Assembly: GCA_964016885.1 (NCBI GenBank)
Contig: OZ024747.1
Span: forward strand, 51,212,001-51,276,000
DNA length: 64,000 bases
Reading direction: 5' to 3'
Origin: Eledone cirrhosa
Taxonomy: Eukaryota
This document shows positions 13,381-27,080 of the stretch, piece by piece. The stretch's first letter is position 1. The number at the start of each line of letters is the position of its first letter. The translations under genes and the position numbers were made by a program. The notes under the pieces are model-generated. The model saw nothing but the letters and a program-made list of their open reading frames with translations, made no database searches and was not told the DNA's origin.

Positions 13381-14450
13381 TATGTATACGTACATACATA
13401 TATGTATACAGACGTACAGTAGTATGTATATATATATACATACATGCACACACATATATATGTACGTATGGATTCACCGAACATTTATTATAATGCTCGG
13501 TGTGTTTGTAAACAAACATCCCGTATTAAGCATTAGTGTCTAGCAACCACCGTTGCTCGTTTGTTCAACACTGACAAAGGAACGCTGTACTAGTTTCAAG
13601 CTGTACTAGTTTCAGCAACGTATACCTTCCCGCCAGATGATTGAACGTCCGAAAGTATATACTTTCCTTATGCATATTAACGGCTGACTAGCCCAATTTG
13701 CATATCTAGTGGGTTAATCGGCCGGGTGTACCGAAAACGATAAACGGAAAAAATGAAACGAAATTTCATTTCCCACTCTTAGTACGGCTGTTAATTAGAT
13801 ATAAGTATGTATACGTACATACATATATGTATACAGACGTTCAGTAGTATACATACATGCACACATATATATATGTACGTATGGATTCACCGAACATTTA
13901 TTATATATGTATACAGACGTACTACTGTACGTCTGTATACATATACGTATGTACGTATACATACTTATATTTAAGTAACAGCCGTACTAAGAGTGGGAAA
14001 TGAAATTTCGTTTCATTTTTTCCGTTTATCGTTTTCGGTGCACCCGGCCGATTAACCCACTCGATATGCAAATTGGGCTACTCAGCCGTTAATATGCATA
14101 AATATATACTTTCGGACGTTCAATCATCTGGCAGGAAGGTATACGTTGCTGACGATAGCTAATAAGCTTGAAACTAGTACAGCGTTCCTTTGTCAGTGTT
14201 GAACAAACGAGCAACGGTGGTTGCTAGACATTACGGCTTAATACGGGATGTTTGTTTACAAATACACCGAGCATTATAATAAATGTTCGGTGAATCCATA
14301 CGTACATATATATATATGTGTGCATGTATGTATATATATATACATACTACTGTACTTCTGTATACATATATGTATGTACGTATACATACTTATATTTAAG
14401 TAACAGCCGTACTAAGAGTGGGAAATGAAATTTGTTTCATTTTTTCCGTT

Positions 14451-14452
<2 letters not shown>
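13378..14452. mobile_element. Retrozyme-like element F3: ~425-bp monomer, two >unit-length arms in inverted orientation
   Basis: Left arm 13378-13903 has an internal direct repeat at an offset of ~425. Right arm 13921-14452 is its reverse complement, with ACTACTGTAC recurring at 13921 and 14346. (TA)n flanks. Related copies at 32041 and 60285. Confidence 0.85.
14143..14185 (+). ncRNA. Minimal type I hammerhead ribozyme (F3)
   Basis: ACGUUG-CUGACGA-U-AGCU-AAUA-AGCU-U-GAAA-CUAG-UA-CAGCGU. Intact core, 6-bp stem I, palindromic CUAG loop III. Confidence 0.85.
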
Positions 14453-14486
<34 letters not shown>

Positions 14487-14586
14487 CACGGGTGTATATG
14501 ATTGTGTATAGAAGATTATATTAATAAAAGGAATTCCAACTTTGTCTGATTTAATCGTTTTATTTACAATCCTTTAAAATTATAAT

Positions 14587-14757
14587 TGTCTCTACTTTAG
14601 GCACAAGACCAGCAAATACCCAGTGCATTACTGGGACTTTATTTTATCGACCCCGTAAGGATGAAAGGCAAAGGCAACCTCGACGGGATTAACTCAGATC
14701 GTAAAGGGACGTAACTATGCTGGAAAGCATAGCGTCCGACCCTCTACTGATACTGCC
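14587..14757 (-). mobile_element. SINE family A with 10-bp target-site duplication
   Basis: Reverse complement of family A; TSD AAATTATAAT at 14577-14586 and 14758-14767. Confidence 0.9.
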
Positions 14758-14909
14758 AAATTATAATGATATTAGAATATTAAATGTTAAGTGTTAATTG
14801 AACATGTACTTTCATGCTTTCGCAATTTCAGGTTCATATTCTGTGGTGACAGTCAAGTTTGCAATTTTCAACTGTTGAAAATTGCAAACTTGACTGTCAC
14901 CACCGAATA

Positions 14910-14948
14910 TGAACCTGAAGATTGTGGAAGCATGAAAGTACTTGTTCA
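14910..14948 (+). ncRNA. Minimal type I hammerhead ribozyme (F4)
   Basis: UGAAC-CUGAAGA-U-UGU-GGAA-GCA-U-GAAA-GUAC-UU-GUUCA. Confidence 0.7.
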
Positions 14949-15059
14949 ATTAAAACTTAACATTTAATATTCTACCATAATATTTCGTTATAATATCATT
15001 ATAATTTTAAAGGGTTGTAAATAAAACGAGTAAACCAGACAAAGCTGGAATTCCTTTTA

Positions 15060-15110
<51 letters not shown>

Positions 15111-15114
<4 letters not shown>

Positions 15115-15516
15115 GAATGTATATATAGTGTATTTGGTAATATACCGTTTGTTTAATTAAAAACATTTTGAAGACCATACGCTATCGGTTTTAAAGTAGT
15201 GACTATGTCACTTACTTCTTTTCGGCGAAAGAAGGGAGAGAAGCTAACAGTCTGTTTCACGCTGTTTGGCGATCATCAGAGCCACGCACCCTTTGCTTCC
15301 GACGAAAATTATAGAAGCTGGATTCTTATAGAATTCCAGTAATAATCTGGAGCTGATTATACAGAGTGATTGCTGATCAGGCAAAAATTAGGTATTAGGA
15401 TTGGTGCTCTGAAATAGCGTTAGCATATGGTCTTACTCTTTTACTCTTTTACCTGTTACAGCCATCCGACTGAGAAAATATGTTTAATTAAACATACGGT
15501 ATATTGCCAAATACAC
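15111..15516. mobile_element. HHR element F5 with inverted termini in (TA)n/(CA)n
   Basis: 15128-15170 is the reverse complement of 15475-15516, and 15171-15184 of 15421-15434. Related short copy at 50634-50808. Confidence 0.65.
15242..15283 (-). ncRNA. Type I hammerhead ribozyme (F5)
   Basis: Minus: GGCU-CUGAUGA-U-CGCC-AAAC-AGCG-U-GAAA-CAG-A-CUG-UU-AGCU. Stem I is short. Confidence 0.6.
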
Positions 15517-15518
15517 AA

Positions 15519-15837
<319 letters not shown>

Positions 15838-15838
<1 letters not shown>

Positions 15839-17095
15839 ACGATATATTAACAAATGGAAACTATATTTATAAAACCATATTTATTTCATTATACATACTT
15901 CAAGGACACCAAGTTAAATTATGGTGCGCTTTCATCAGATAAAATATAATATAGATCAGTTTTATAAATAAATATTGACATACCCTTAGAGAATGCGACC
16001 ATTTCTGTTGGAAGCTCCCGGATAGTGGGTTATCAAATTTATTTAGTCTATTATGCAAATTAGTGTCGGATGTGTTAAAATCACAGTAGATTTAAAATAA
16101 GCCGTTGAAGTATGGAAAAAAAGGGAAAGAAAAGAAAAAGAGAAAAAAATAGCAAACTCTAAGAGGAAAATAAGAAAACAAGAGAAAGAGAAAGAGAAGA
16201 AAAAAGAAAAAAAGGAAGAGAAAGAGAAAGCCCTAAGTGATAGGTATTAGCGTAACTTTTAAGATGAAGTGAAAAAATAAATATTCTTTGGATGAGTTAG
16301 GAAGAGAAAATAAGCGTGGATATAAAATAAATAAATAATAATAACTGGATAATTTTATCCAGTGTTTAAATATGATTAAATGTTTAGTTTATCAATTAAA
16401 TTATCAATTAAATTATTGAGATCTATACATTAAAATTGAGATCTATATATTATTAAAATCTATATATTATTAAAACTATATATTATTAAAAATCTATATA
16501 TTATTAAAAGAATATATTTATATATATACACACACACATATATATATATATATATAGATATACATATATATATATACATAGACATACATATATATACATA
16601 CAATAAAAGATTTTTTATGTTTAAGATATACGAATTTTTCTAAACTTATAGATTTTTCGGAGAAATCGGAGAAAAAATCGGAGGAAAAATCATTTCTAAG
16701 TAATAGCAACACAGCGTGAAGGAAATTAAGTTATTTACTTATATTAAATGTTATAAATGTTAAGATAATATAGGAAATTTAAGATTATACAAACCTTATA
16801 TTATTTAATAGTAATAACCCCACTATCCGGGAGCTTCCAACAGAAATGGTCGCATTCTCTAAGGGTATGTCAATATTTATTTATAAAACTGATCTATATT
16901 ATATTTTACCTGATGAAAGCGCACCATAATTTAACTTGTGTCCTTGAAATATGTATAATGAAATAAATATGGTTTTATAAATATAGTTTCCATTTGTTAA
17001 TAAATCGTATTTTTACTCCAATAATTTGTTGAGTGCTTTATATCAGTTATAAATATATTTGCTTGTTGTATCCCAACAATTTAAATAGAACTTCT
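15838..17095. mobile_element. PLE-type element F6 with ~195-bp inverted pseudo-LTRs
   Basis: 15838-16033 is the reverse complement of 16814-17009. Each arm contains an HHR (the minus copy 15883-15945 has GAAA>GAAG). (TA)n flanks. Confidence 0.75.
16903..16964 (+). ncRNA. Type I hammerhead ribozyme (F6)
   Basis: AUUUUAC-CUGAUGA-AAGCGCAC...GUGUCCUU-GAAA-UAUGUA-UA-AUGAAAU. Stem I has one core-proximal mismatch here and is fully paired in the inverted copy. Confidence 0.65.
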
Positions 17096-17099
17096 ACAT

Positions 17100-17133
<34 letters not shown>

Positions 17134-17140
17134 GTATATT

Positions 17141-17212
17141 TAATATAGAAAGGCTTCTCCAGGACTTGAACTCTTTCATTGCGAAGAAATCATCAGGAAA
17201 CCCAGGGCTTCA
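17141..17212 (-). mobile_element. Decayed fragment of family F7 (degenerate HHR)
   Basis: Aligns to 33050-33115. TCATCAG and TTTC are retained but the cleavage triplet is mutated. Confidence 0.55.
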
Positions 17213-17397
17213 CATATATATATATATGTTTATATATATATATAGTGTATGTATGTATGTATATATATATATATATATATATATAGTATCAATAATAAAT
17301 GTGAAGACTTCAATCTGTTATATATACTGTGTATATATAAATATATATATATAAACGCAAATTGACATAATTTAGAGCGGTTCTCTGGGGTATTTTC

Positions 17398-17617
<220 letters not shown>

Positions 17618-17892
17618 ATATACATTTTAAAAATATTTTCCTATCTCTTTATTCATATAAGTAATGTATAGTATGAAGTACTGAAGTAAGGTGGTAAAAG
17701 TACCATTGCACGTATATGAGAATATAAAACGTTATGATTACTTAATTTTAAAAGAATCCTATTAGATTTATTTACTTCATTACCAAGTCAGAAATAGATT
17801 AAAACAAATTAAGACTTTCCTACAATGCTAGCATATAGCCAGAAACAAACCTTCTCACTAATAAAGAAAATTAGTTGGAACTTTGATAAGAA

Positions 17893-18009
<117 letters not shown>

Positions 18010-18016
18010 TAGATAT

Positions 18017-18056
<40 letters not shown>

Positions 18057-18187
18057 CTCTGTGTGTGTGTGTGTATGCACATGCATATATATATATAAGC
18101 TTATGCGAGTGGATACAGAAAGGTAAATAGATACCCACATACACACACACACACACACATACACGTATATATATATAAGTAAGTATG

Positions 18188-18303
<116 letters not shown>

Positions 18304-18670
18304 TGTGTGTCTGTGTGTGTATAGACTTAGTCATGTGGACAATGAAAGATAAATAGTTATCTTCAGACTTTAGATAATGAGAAAGGAAAATGAATGGAAA
18401 AGGATAAAGAAACGAATGTATAATGAAATATACGGGTGTATATTTGGGTAATTAGGCATAGGAGAACATTCTGAGATTATATATATATATATACACACAC
18501 ACTTATATATACACACACACATATATATGTGTGTGTATATGCGCGAGTTTGTGTGTACGTCTGTACGTATGAATGTACATACCCGCGTAGCTCTCTATAT
18601 AGTTAGGTATGTGGCCAAAATTACATTTACATATGTCTTCTGTATAATGTGCTGCACTTTATTTCTTTTT

Positions 18671-18719
<49 letters not shown>

Positions 18720-18763
18720 TCACTCATGCACACACTGAGACACCCAAACACCCAAACACACAC

Positions 18764-18806
<43 letters not shown>

Positions 18807-19425
18807 TCTCTATAAACACGCTTATGTATATATTTATATATATATAATATATATGTATATATGTATATATAATTTTATATGTATGTGTGTGAGATTTTGT
18901 GCATGTGTATTCATCTGTGTGTGTGTGTGTGTGTGTTCAACTTTTTCTTACTGATATGTTTTATTTGGACTGATCTTATGTTTGTTAATGAGAGATGAAT
19001 ATTCGTAGCTAAATTGGTTGAAAATTCCACCATAAGACATTTAGTACAAGGAAAAAACGACACTCCTGCCACCCTCCCCCCCTCTTCCTTTCTTCTTTCT
19101 ATAATATATACCACACTATTTTTATCTTGTGCATTTTCTTCGTTTCGTCCATCCTATCACTAAACTAATAGCTTATCTTGTCCACGTCTTCATCAACTAT
19201 ACAGAAGACACTTGTTTAAAATTACTAACGGCAAAGCACGCCACACAGCCTAAACATGAGATTATGAAATATCTCCTCTCTCCCACGTGGAATAAAGCAA
19301 TTTGTCATGTGAATGTAATGTTGTATTTATTATAGACATACAAACTCATTAACGGCTAATGGAAACTTCTTCTTTTCACTTGTTCAACAACACTAATGAA
19401 CGCCGCCGATAAACGTCCACTTGTT

Positions 19426-19580
19426 TTCTTCTTCTTCTTCTTCTTCTTCTTCTTCTTCTTCTTCTTCTTCTTCTTCTTCTTCTTCTTCTTCTTCTTCTTC
19501 TTCTTCTTCTTCTTCTTCTTCTTCTTCTTCTTCTTCTTCTTCTTCTTCTTCTTCTTCTTCTTCTTCTATTTCTTCTTCTT
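19426..19580. repeat. (TTC)n microsatellite
   Basis: Near-pure run. Confidence 0.95.
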
Positions 19581-20669
19581 GGCCGTACACATAGCGCCGT
19601 ATCACTAATTCATCGCTTCCTTAGATGAAAATCAGCTTTAACTTATTATTCATACAATAATGAAATTATGTCGTTGATAATTTACTACAAATCAACTTAA
19701 ATAATTCTAGACACTCTCTTATTATGACCACAAAAGCTGTTTCTGTTGAAAGTAAGCAATTCCCATTTCAAATGCGATACCATACACCGAAACCATCTTG
19801 ATTTATATTCTCCTGATCAAATATCCGCCGTTTACATGTCGAATTCGATTAATCGCATCGATATTCCTAGCCAGAGTTGCTTCCACCGGCCATTTAACTT
19901 CTTGGACAGTTTCGTTGCTTTGCTCTCATCCTTTTCTTTCTAATAAAAATATCCCACTTCGGCTTCAGAAGTGATGTTTAAATGAATTGATAAATATTTT
20001 TCTGAAACATTGAAGAATTGCTAAGTGAAGCAGTCCATTTCCCTTGTCCCAACCACTCCCCTATCAATCTCCATGTTGAAATATTGTTAGGTGCTGGTGA
20101 TGACTGTTTGCCCTTCGTAGTGTTGTTGCTGATGCTGGTTGTAGTTGATGATGTTGTTATAGCGTTGGTAGTGGTGATTTTGGTGGTAGTGTTGGTGTTC
20201 GTGATGTTGAGAGAAATGCTAATGGTGGTGGTGTTGTTTTTGTTATTGTTGCTGTTTTTGATGTTAGAATGCTTTTGTTATTGTTGTTGTTTTGACTTGG
20301 TATTGGTGGTAGTGTTGGTGTTGGTGTTGGTGTTGGTGTTAGTGTTGTTGTTGGTGGTGTTGTTGATGTTGGTGCTAGTATTGGTGTTGGTGTTGATGTT
20401 GGAGTTAGTGTTGGTATTGGTGGGGGTGTTAATATTGGTGTTGGTGTCGGTGTTTGTGTTGGTGTTTGTGTTGGTGTTGGTATTGGTGTTTCTTTTGGTG
20501 TTGTTGTTGGTGTTGTTGTTGGTGTTTGTGTTTGTGTTGGTGTTGGTATTGGTATGGATGGGATACTAATAGCCAGGTATTCAGTTCACATCTATTGGAG
20601 ATCAAAGATTATAAGACTGAAATTGATGGAAGATGTTATTGTTTAATTCTATTATTTCGATTGTTTTAA

Positions 20670-20885
20670 GGGCGGGGAATTGTCAGGATTAGTAGAACAT
20701 CGGGTAAAAGCCGTTGTTTTATTTAGTCATGAATTTCTAAGTTTTGTGTTCAAATCATTCTACGGCTATTTTTTTGCCTTTTATTCTTTCGTGGTCGATT
20801 AAATAAAGAACCAGTTACGTACTGGGGTCGATATAATTCATCTTTTCCTAATTTGCTGACCTTATGCCTATGTTAGAAAATATTA
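20670..20885 (+). mobile_element. Older, diverged tRNA-derived SINE related to families A/B
   Basis: GTTCAAATC box B, then GCCTTTTATTCTTTCGTGGTCGATTAAATAAAGAACCAG and ACTGGGGTCGAT. Confidence 0.65.
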
Positions 20886-20969
20886 TATTGTCTGTTTTAT
20901 CAGCTTTAATATTGTTGTTGTTTAGCCAAGAAGCAGCTCGGAGTATTAGACTTTTGAATAAAGATCTAA

Positions 20970-21420
20970 ACTGGCTGACTGTCGGACTGTCTAATTGGCT
21001 AACTGTGTGAATGTCTGACTGATTGACCGTGTGAATGTGTGACTGACTGATTGTCTGTGTGAATGTCTTACTGACTGTCTGTCTGTTTGAATGTCTGACT
21101 GTTTGAATGTCTGACTGGTTGACTGTGTGACTGTCTGACAGTGTGACTGGCTGACAGGGGGACTGTCACACAGTGGGACTGGCTGACTGGCTGAATATCT
21201 GACTCTGTCACTGTCTGACTTGCTGAATGTCTGACTGTGTGACTGTCTGATAGGTCGAATGGATGACCGTATAATTGTTGTCCTGACTGATTGTCTGTTC
21301 TAGCTGACTTTCTGACTGTCTGACTGTCTTTCTGAATAGTTGACTGTCTACCTGGTTGATTGTCTGAACACCTGACTATCTGACTGGCTAAATGTGTGGC
21401 TGTCTGCCAGTCTATCTGAC
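20970..21420. repeat. Degenerate (GACT/GTCT/GGCT)n tetranucleotide repeat
   Basis: Recurrent CTGACTG, GTCTGACT and GTGTGAAT motifs. Confidence 0.8.
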
Positions 21421-21818
21421 GAAATAAAAGAAGCTATGTAATAGAAAATCTCATTGAGATGATGAGATTTCTTACTTTCACGTAAGTTCTAATCACCATT
21501 TCCATTTATATATTCCAGAGCTCTAATTGAGCTGTGATCATTGCTCGCGGCCTTTTTGCATCGGGTTTGAGTTATTTTGTGAATTAGATGTATGTCTTTA
21601 TGTTCATTGATGTGGATGTCAGTATATGTTTGTGGATGTGTTCTGTGATACAAGGGCGATTGCCTTGTGAGTAACAATATATTTATGTTGTTGGATTTGG
21701 AGTATACAAGCATACATGTGAAAAAAGGATAGACAGTTGAAAGGAAAACGGGGAAAAAAGAAAAAAATACATATACACACTCACATACACTCTCTCTATT
21801 TATTTCCCTCACACTCGC

Positions 21819-21875
<57 letters not shown>

Positions 21876-21876
21876 A

Positions 21877-21908
<32 letters not shown>

Positions 21909-21909
21909 A

Positions 21910-21958
<49 letters not shown>

Positions 21959-21975
21959 TTTAGACAGCAAATAAT

Positions 21976-22156
21976 TGTTTCTACTATTGGCACAAGGCCA
22001 GAAAATTACCCAGTACATTACTGGTACTTTATTTTATCGACCCCGTAAGGATGAAAGGCAAAGTTAACCTCGGCGGGATTTGAACTCAGAATGGCAAGGG
22101 CCGTAACTCTATGCGTCAAAGCATGGCGTCCGAACCTCTACCGATACTGCCAATCC
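21976..22156 (-). mobile_element. SINE family A with 11-bp target-site duplication
   Basis: TSD CAGCAAATAAT at 21965-21975 and 22156-22166. Confidence 0.9.
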
Positions 22157-22279
22157 AGCAAATAATGGAAGGTAAGTATACAGAGAGACGAGGGAGAACG
22201 AGGAGGCTAAAACTGAACGAATTGTATATACTTTTAGTTGTTTTGTGTTCATTATACACACACACACACACACATACGC

Positions 22280-22319
<40 letters not shown>

Positions 22320-22769
22320 ATGTGTGTGTAAATATGTATATATAATAATGTGAAAGCATACACATGCCCGCACGAGCGAACATACATACATACAGACATA
22401 CATGCACATATACATGTTTTGAAGGGACATTTGAAAACATATATGCACTTACGTGAATTTGCTGATACGCATATTACAGATCTTCAAATAGGATATTTGT
22501 GTATAACAGAGAGAGAGGGGGGGGGTGAAATATATACAGAGAGAGTGAACTAGTGAGAGAGAGGGAGAGAGAGCAGTGAATATGATAGTAAATGATTGAG
22601 TCTATGTTTGACTACGTAAAGAAGAGTGTGAGTACGTGATTTCTTATATGCTCTTCTGTGTGCTTGAACAATTGCGATTCTTAACCTCTAGCAGTATTCC
22701 TATTAACTGACCGTGAGAGCATTTAACATTCTTTATCTCTTCTCCTCATTCCTTCTTTCTTTCCTCCCT

Positions 22770-22816
<47 letters not shown>

Positions 22817-22831
22817 TGGTAGGTCTGTTCC

Positions 22832-22884
<53 letters not shown>

Positions 22885-23383
22885 GTAGTGGTGGAGTGTT
22901 ATGATGGTTATGTTTGGTTGGCAGCGAGAACTCGGTTGATAGTTAAGGCGGGGATTTCAATTATGAGATCACTGTATAACTGTTCAGATGCAATGATGTA
23001 GTTGTGGCAAAGCCAGCCAGCAAGTCTATTGATGATTATCGCAAGATGGTCGCCATTGATTGCAGGCAAAGGTGTCTAACAAACGGTACACGAGTGATTT
23101 GGTCTTCAAAGAAATGACCAAACCTCGTTGCTGGGATTAAAGAGCAATCATAACAACGCGGGAATTGAAGAGATAGATAAATAAATAGCAAGACAAACGG
23201 AAGAGATAAAGTGAATTGGCGATAGCAACAGGAAGTCTGTGACTTTTCTGCCCCCTGCTGACCAAAACCGAAAACTACCTTTGATTAACATCGATTGGTT
23301 TTGACTTTCGCTATCATTGACAATCATCTCGTTTCCTCGCCGCAAACAACCACAAATATGCATAGATGTTAACATACACGCAC

Positions 23384-23429
<46 letters not shown>

Positions 23430-23852
23430 ATGTATATATGTATATAAGTATGTGTGTATATATAAATTGATAAACGCACGTGCATGCTATACAAACGAGT
23501 GCATGGTATTGCACTCACATATACATATACATATACATACACACACACACACACACATAAGCATACACACATACACACGCCGATTGCTACACATACGTGC
23601 ACATATACACATGCGCTGAGAGATACACATATTACCACATACTAACATACCTACACATACACATACATATATGCACACAGACACACACATACCTACACAT
23701 ACACACACATATATGCACACACACACACACATACCTACAGAGACACACACAGCAAATATCACAATAGCTACAACCCATATCTAATGTAAAATATATAGGA
23801 ATGAGAAAAAAAGAAGCCAAAATAACAAATACACACCACACCACCTCCAGAT

Positions 23853-26800
23853 CACCACCACCATGTCACAACTACCACTACTACATTCAATACCACCACC
23901 ACCACCACCATGTTACCACTACCACTACTACATTCAATACCACCACCACCACCATGTCACCACTACCACTACTACATTCAATACCACCACCACCACCACC
24001 ACCACCATGTTACAACTACCACTACTACATTCAATACCACCACCACCACCACCATGTCACCACTACCACTACTACATTCAATACCACCACCACCACCACC
24101 ACCATGTCACCACTACCACTACTACATTCAATACCACCACCACCACCACCATGTCACCACTACCACTACTACATTCAATACCACCACCACCACCACCATG
24201 TCACCACTACCACTACTACATTCAATACCACCACCACCACCACCACCATGTCACCACTACCACTACTACATTCAATACCACCACCACCACCACCATGTCA
24301 CCACTACCACTACTACATTCAATACCACCACCACCACCACCATGTCACCACTACCACTACTACATTCAATACCACCACCACCATGTCACCACTACCACTA
24401 CTACATTCAATACCACCACCACCACCATGTTACCACTACCACTACTACATTCAATACCACCACCACCACCACCATGTCACCACTACCACTACTACATTCA
24501 ATACCACCACCACCACCACCATGTCACCACTACCATTACTACATTCAATACCACCACCACCACCACCATGTCACCACTACCACTACTACATTCAATACCA
24601 CCACCACCACCACCACCATGTCACCACTACCACTACTACATTCAATACCACCACCACCACCATGTTACCACTACCACTACTACATTCAATACCACCACCA
24701 CCACCACCATGTTACCACTACCACTACTACATTCAATACCACCACCACCACCATGTCACCACTACCACTACTACATTCAATACCACCACCACCACCACCA
24801 TGTTACAACTACCACTACTACATTCAATACCACCACCACCACCACCATGTTACAACTACCACTACTACATTCAATACCACCACCACCACCACCATGTCAC
24901 CACTACCACTACTACATTCAATACCACCACCACCACCATGTTACCACTACCACTACTACATTCAATACCACCACCACCACCACCACCATGTCACCACTAC
25001 CACTACTACATTCAATACCACCACCACCACCATGTTACCACTACCACTACTACATTCAATACCACCACCACCACCACCATGTCACCACTACCACTACTAC
25101 ATTCAATACCACCACTACCACTACTACATTCAATACCACCACCACCACCACCAGCATGTCACCACTACCACTACTACATTCAATACCACCACCACCATCA
25201 TGTTACCACTACCACTACTACATTCAATACCACCACCACCACCACCATGTCACCACTACCACTACTACATTCAATACTACCACCACCACCATGTTAACAC
25301 TACCACTACTACATTCAATACCACCACCACCACCATGTCACCACTACCACTACTACATTCAATACCACCACCACCACCACCACCACCATGTCACCACTAC
25401 CACTACTACATTCAATACCACCACCACCACCACCATGTTACAACTACCACTACTACATTCAATACCACCACCACCACCATGTTACAACTACCACTACTAC
25501 ATTCAATACCACCATCACCACCACCATGTTACCACTACCACTACTACATTCAATACCACCACCACCACCACCATGTCACCACTACCACTACTACATTCAA
25601 TACCACCACCACCACCACCATGTCACCACTACCACTACTACATTCAATACCACCACCACCACCATGTTACCACTACCACTACTACATTCAATACCACCAC
25701 CACCACCACCATGTCACCACTACCACTACTACATTCAATACCACCACCACCACCATGTTACCACTACCACTACTACATTCAATACCACCACCACCACCAC
25801 CATGTCACCACTACCACTACTACATTCAATACCACCACCACCACCACCATGTCACCACTACCACTACTACATTCAATACCACCACCACCACCACCACCAT
25901 GTCATCACTACAACTACTACATTCAATACCACCACCACCACCACCATGTCACCACTACCACTACTACATTCAATACCACCACCACCACCACCATGTCACC
26001 ACTACCACTACTACATTCAATACCACCACCACCACCACCATGTTACCACTACCACTACTACATTTAATACCACCACCACCACCACCATGTTACCACTACC
26101 ACTACTACATTTAATACCACCACCACCACCACCATGTTACCACTACCACTACTACATTTAATACCACCACCACCACCACCATGTCACCACTACCACTACT
26201 ACATTCAATACCACCACCACCACCACCATGTTACCACTACCACTACTACATTCAATACCACCACCACCACCATGTCGCCACTACTACATTCAATACCACC
26301 ATGTCACCACTACCACTACTACATTCAATACCACTACCACCACCACCATGTTACCACTACCACTACTACATTTAATACCGCCACCACCACCATGTCACCA
26401 CTACTACATTCAATACCACCATGTCACCACTACCACTACTACATTCAATACCACCACCACCACCATGTTACCACTACTACAATCAATGCCATCACCACCA
26501 TACTACTACTACTACCACTACCACTACTACATTCAATACCATCACCACCACCATGTCACCACTACCACTACTACAATCAATACCATCACCACCATACTAC
26601 TACTACTACTACTACCACTACTACATTCAATACCACCACCACCGTGTTACCACTATCACTACTATATTCAATATCACCACCACCATCACATTACCACTAC
26701 CACTACTACATTCAATACCACCACCACCACCACATTACCACTACTACGTTCAATACCACCACCACCACCACATTACCACTACCACTACTACATTCAATAC

Positions 26801-26970
26801 CACCACCACCACAACCACCACTACCATCACCACCACCTCCGCCACCACATTACCACTACCACTACTACATTCAATACCACCACCAACACAACCACCACTA
26901 CCATCACCACATTACCACTACCACTACTACATTCAATACCACCACCACCACCACCACCACCAATGTCACC
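23853..26970. repeat. Minisatellite, ~47-bp unit (CCA)n-TGTYACCACTACCACTACTACATTCAATA, roughly 60-65 copies
   Basis: Homogeneous units that differ mainly in CCA number and decay after ~26400. All three plus frames give the same rotating low-complexity peptide. Confidence 0.95.
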
Positions 26971-27080
26971 TAGTAACGTAATTGCAGGCTCTCTGACCGG
27001 AAGTCCTTATCATAATTCCTCAGGAACTACAAAGTTTGGAGACAAGAAACAAAAGCCTTTCATCATACTGTCATAATATC

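Larger units (their letters stand above)
14478..15064. mobile_element. Palindromic HHR element F4 (interrupted by a SINE)
   Basis: Inverted arms centred on TTTTCAAC-T-GTTGAAAA (14873), with the same apex as 37261-37682. (TA)n flanks. Confidence 0.8.

Noticed and set aside
13630-13668. Second, opposite-polarity hammerhead-like motif in F3 (CAGAUGA..GAAA-GUAUAUAC-UU)
   Set aside because: The core U4 is A in both F3 loci that retain it, and there is no stem I; the ambisense claim is unsupported.
22988-23117. Short open frame after TTCAG in unique sequence
   Set aside because: No recognisable protein similarity and weak splice signals.
23853-26970. CRISPR-like repeat-spacer look of the 47-bp array (also the 52-bp array at 53.4 kb)
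   Set aside because: No unique spacers, no cas genes, and eukaryotic context.
23801-27076. 498-734 aa His/Thr/Pro-rich ORFs
   Set aside because: The unit length is not a multiple of 3, so all three frames cycle through the same peptide; a satellite artefact.
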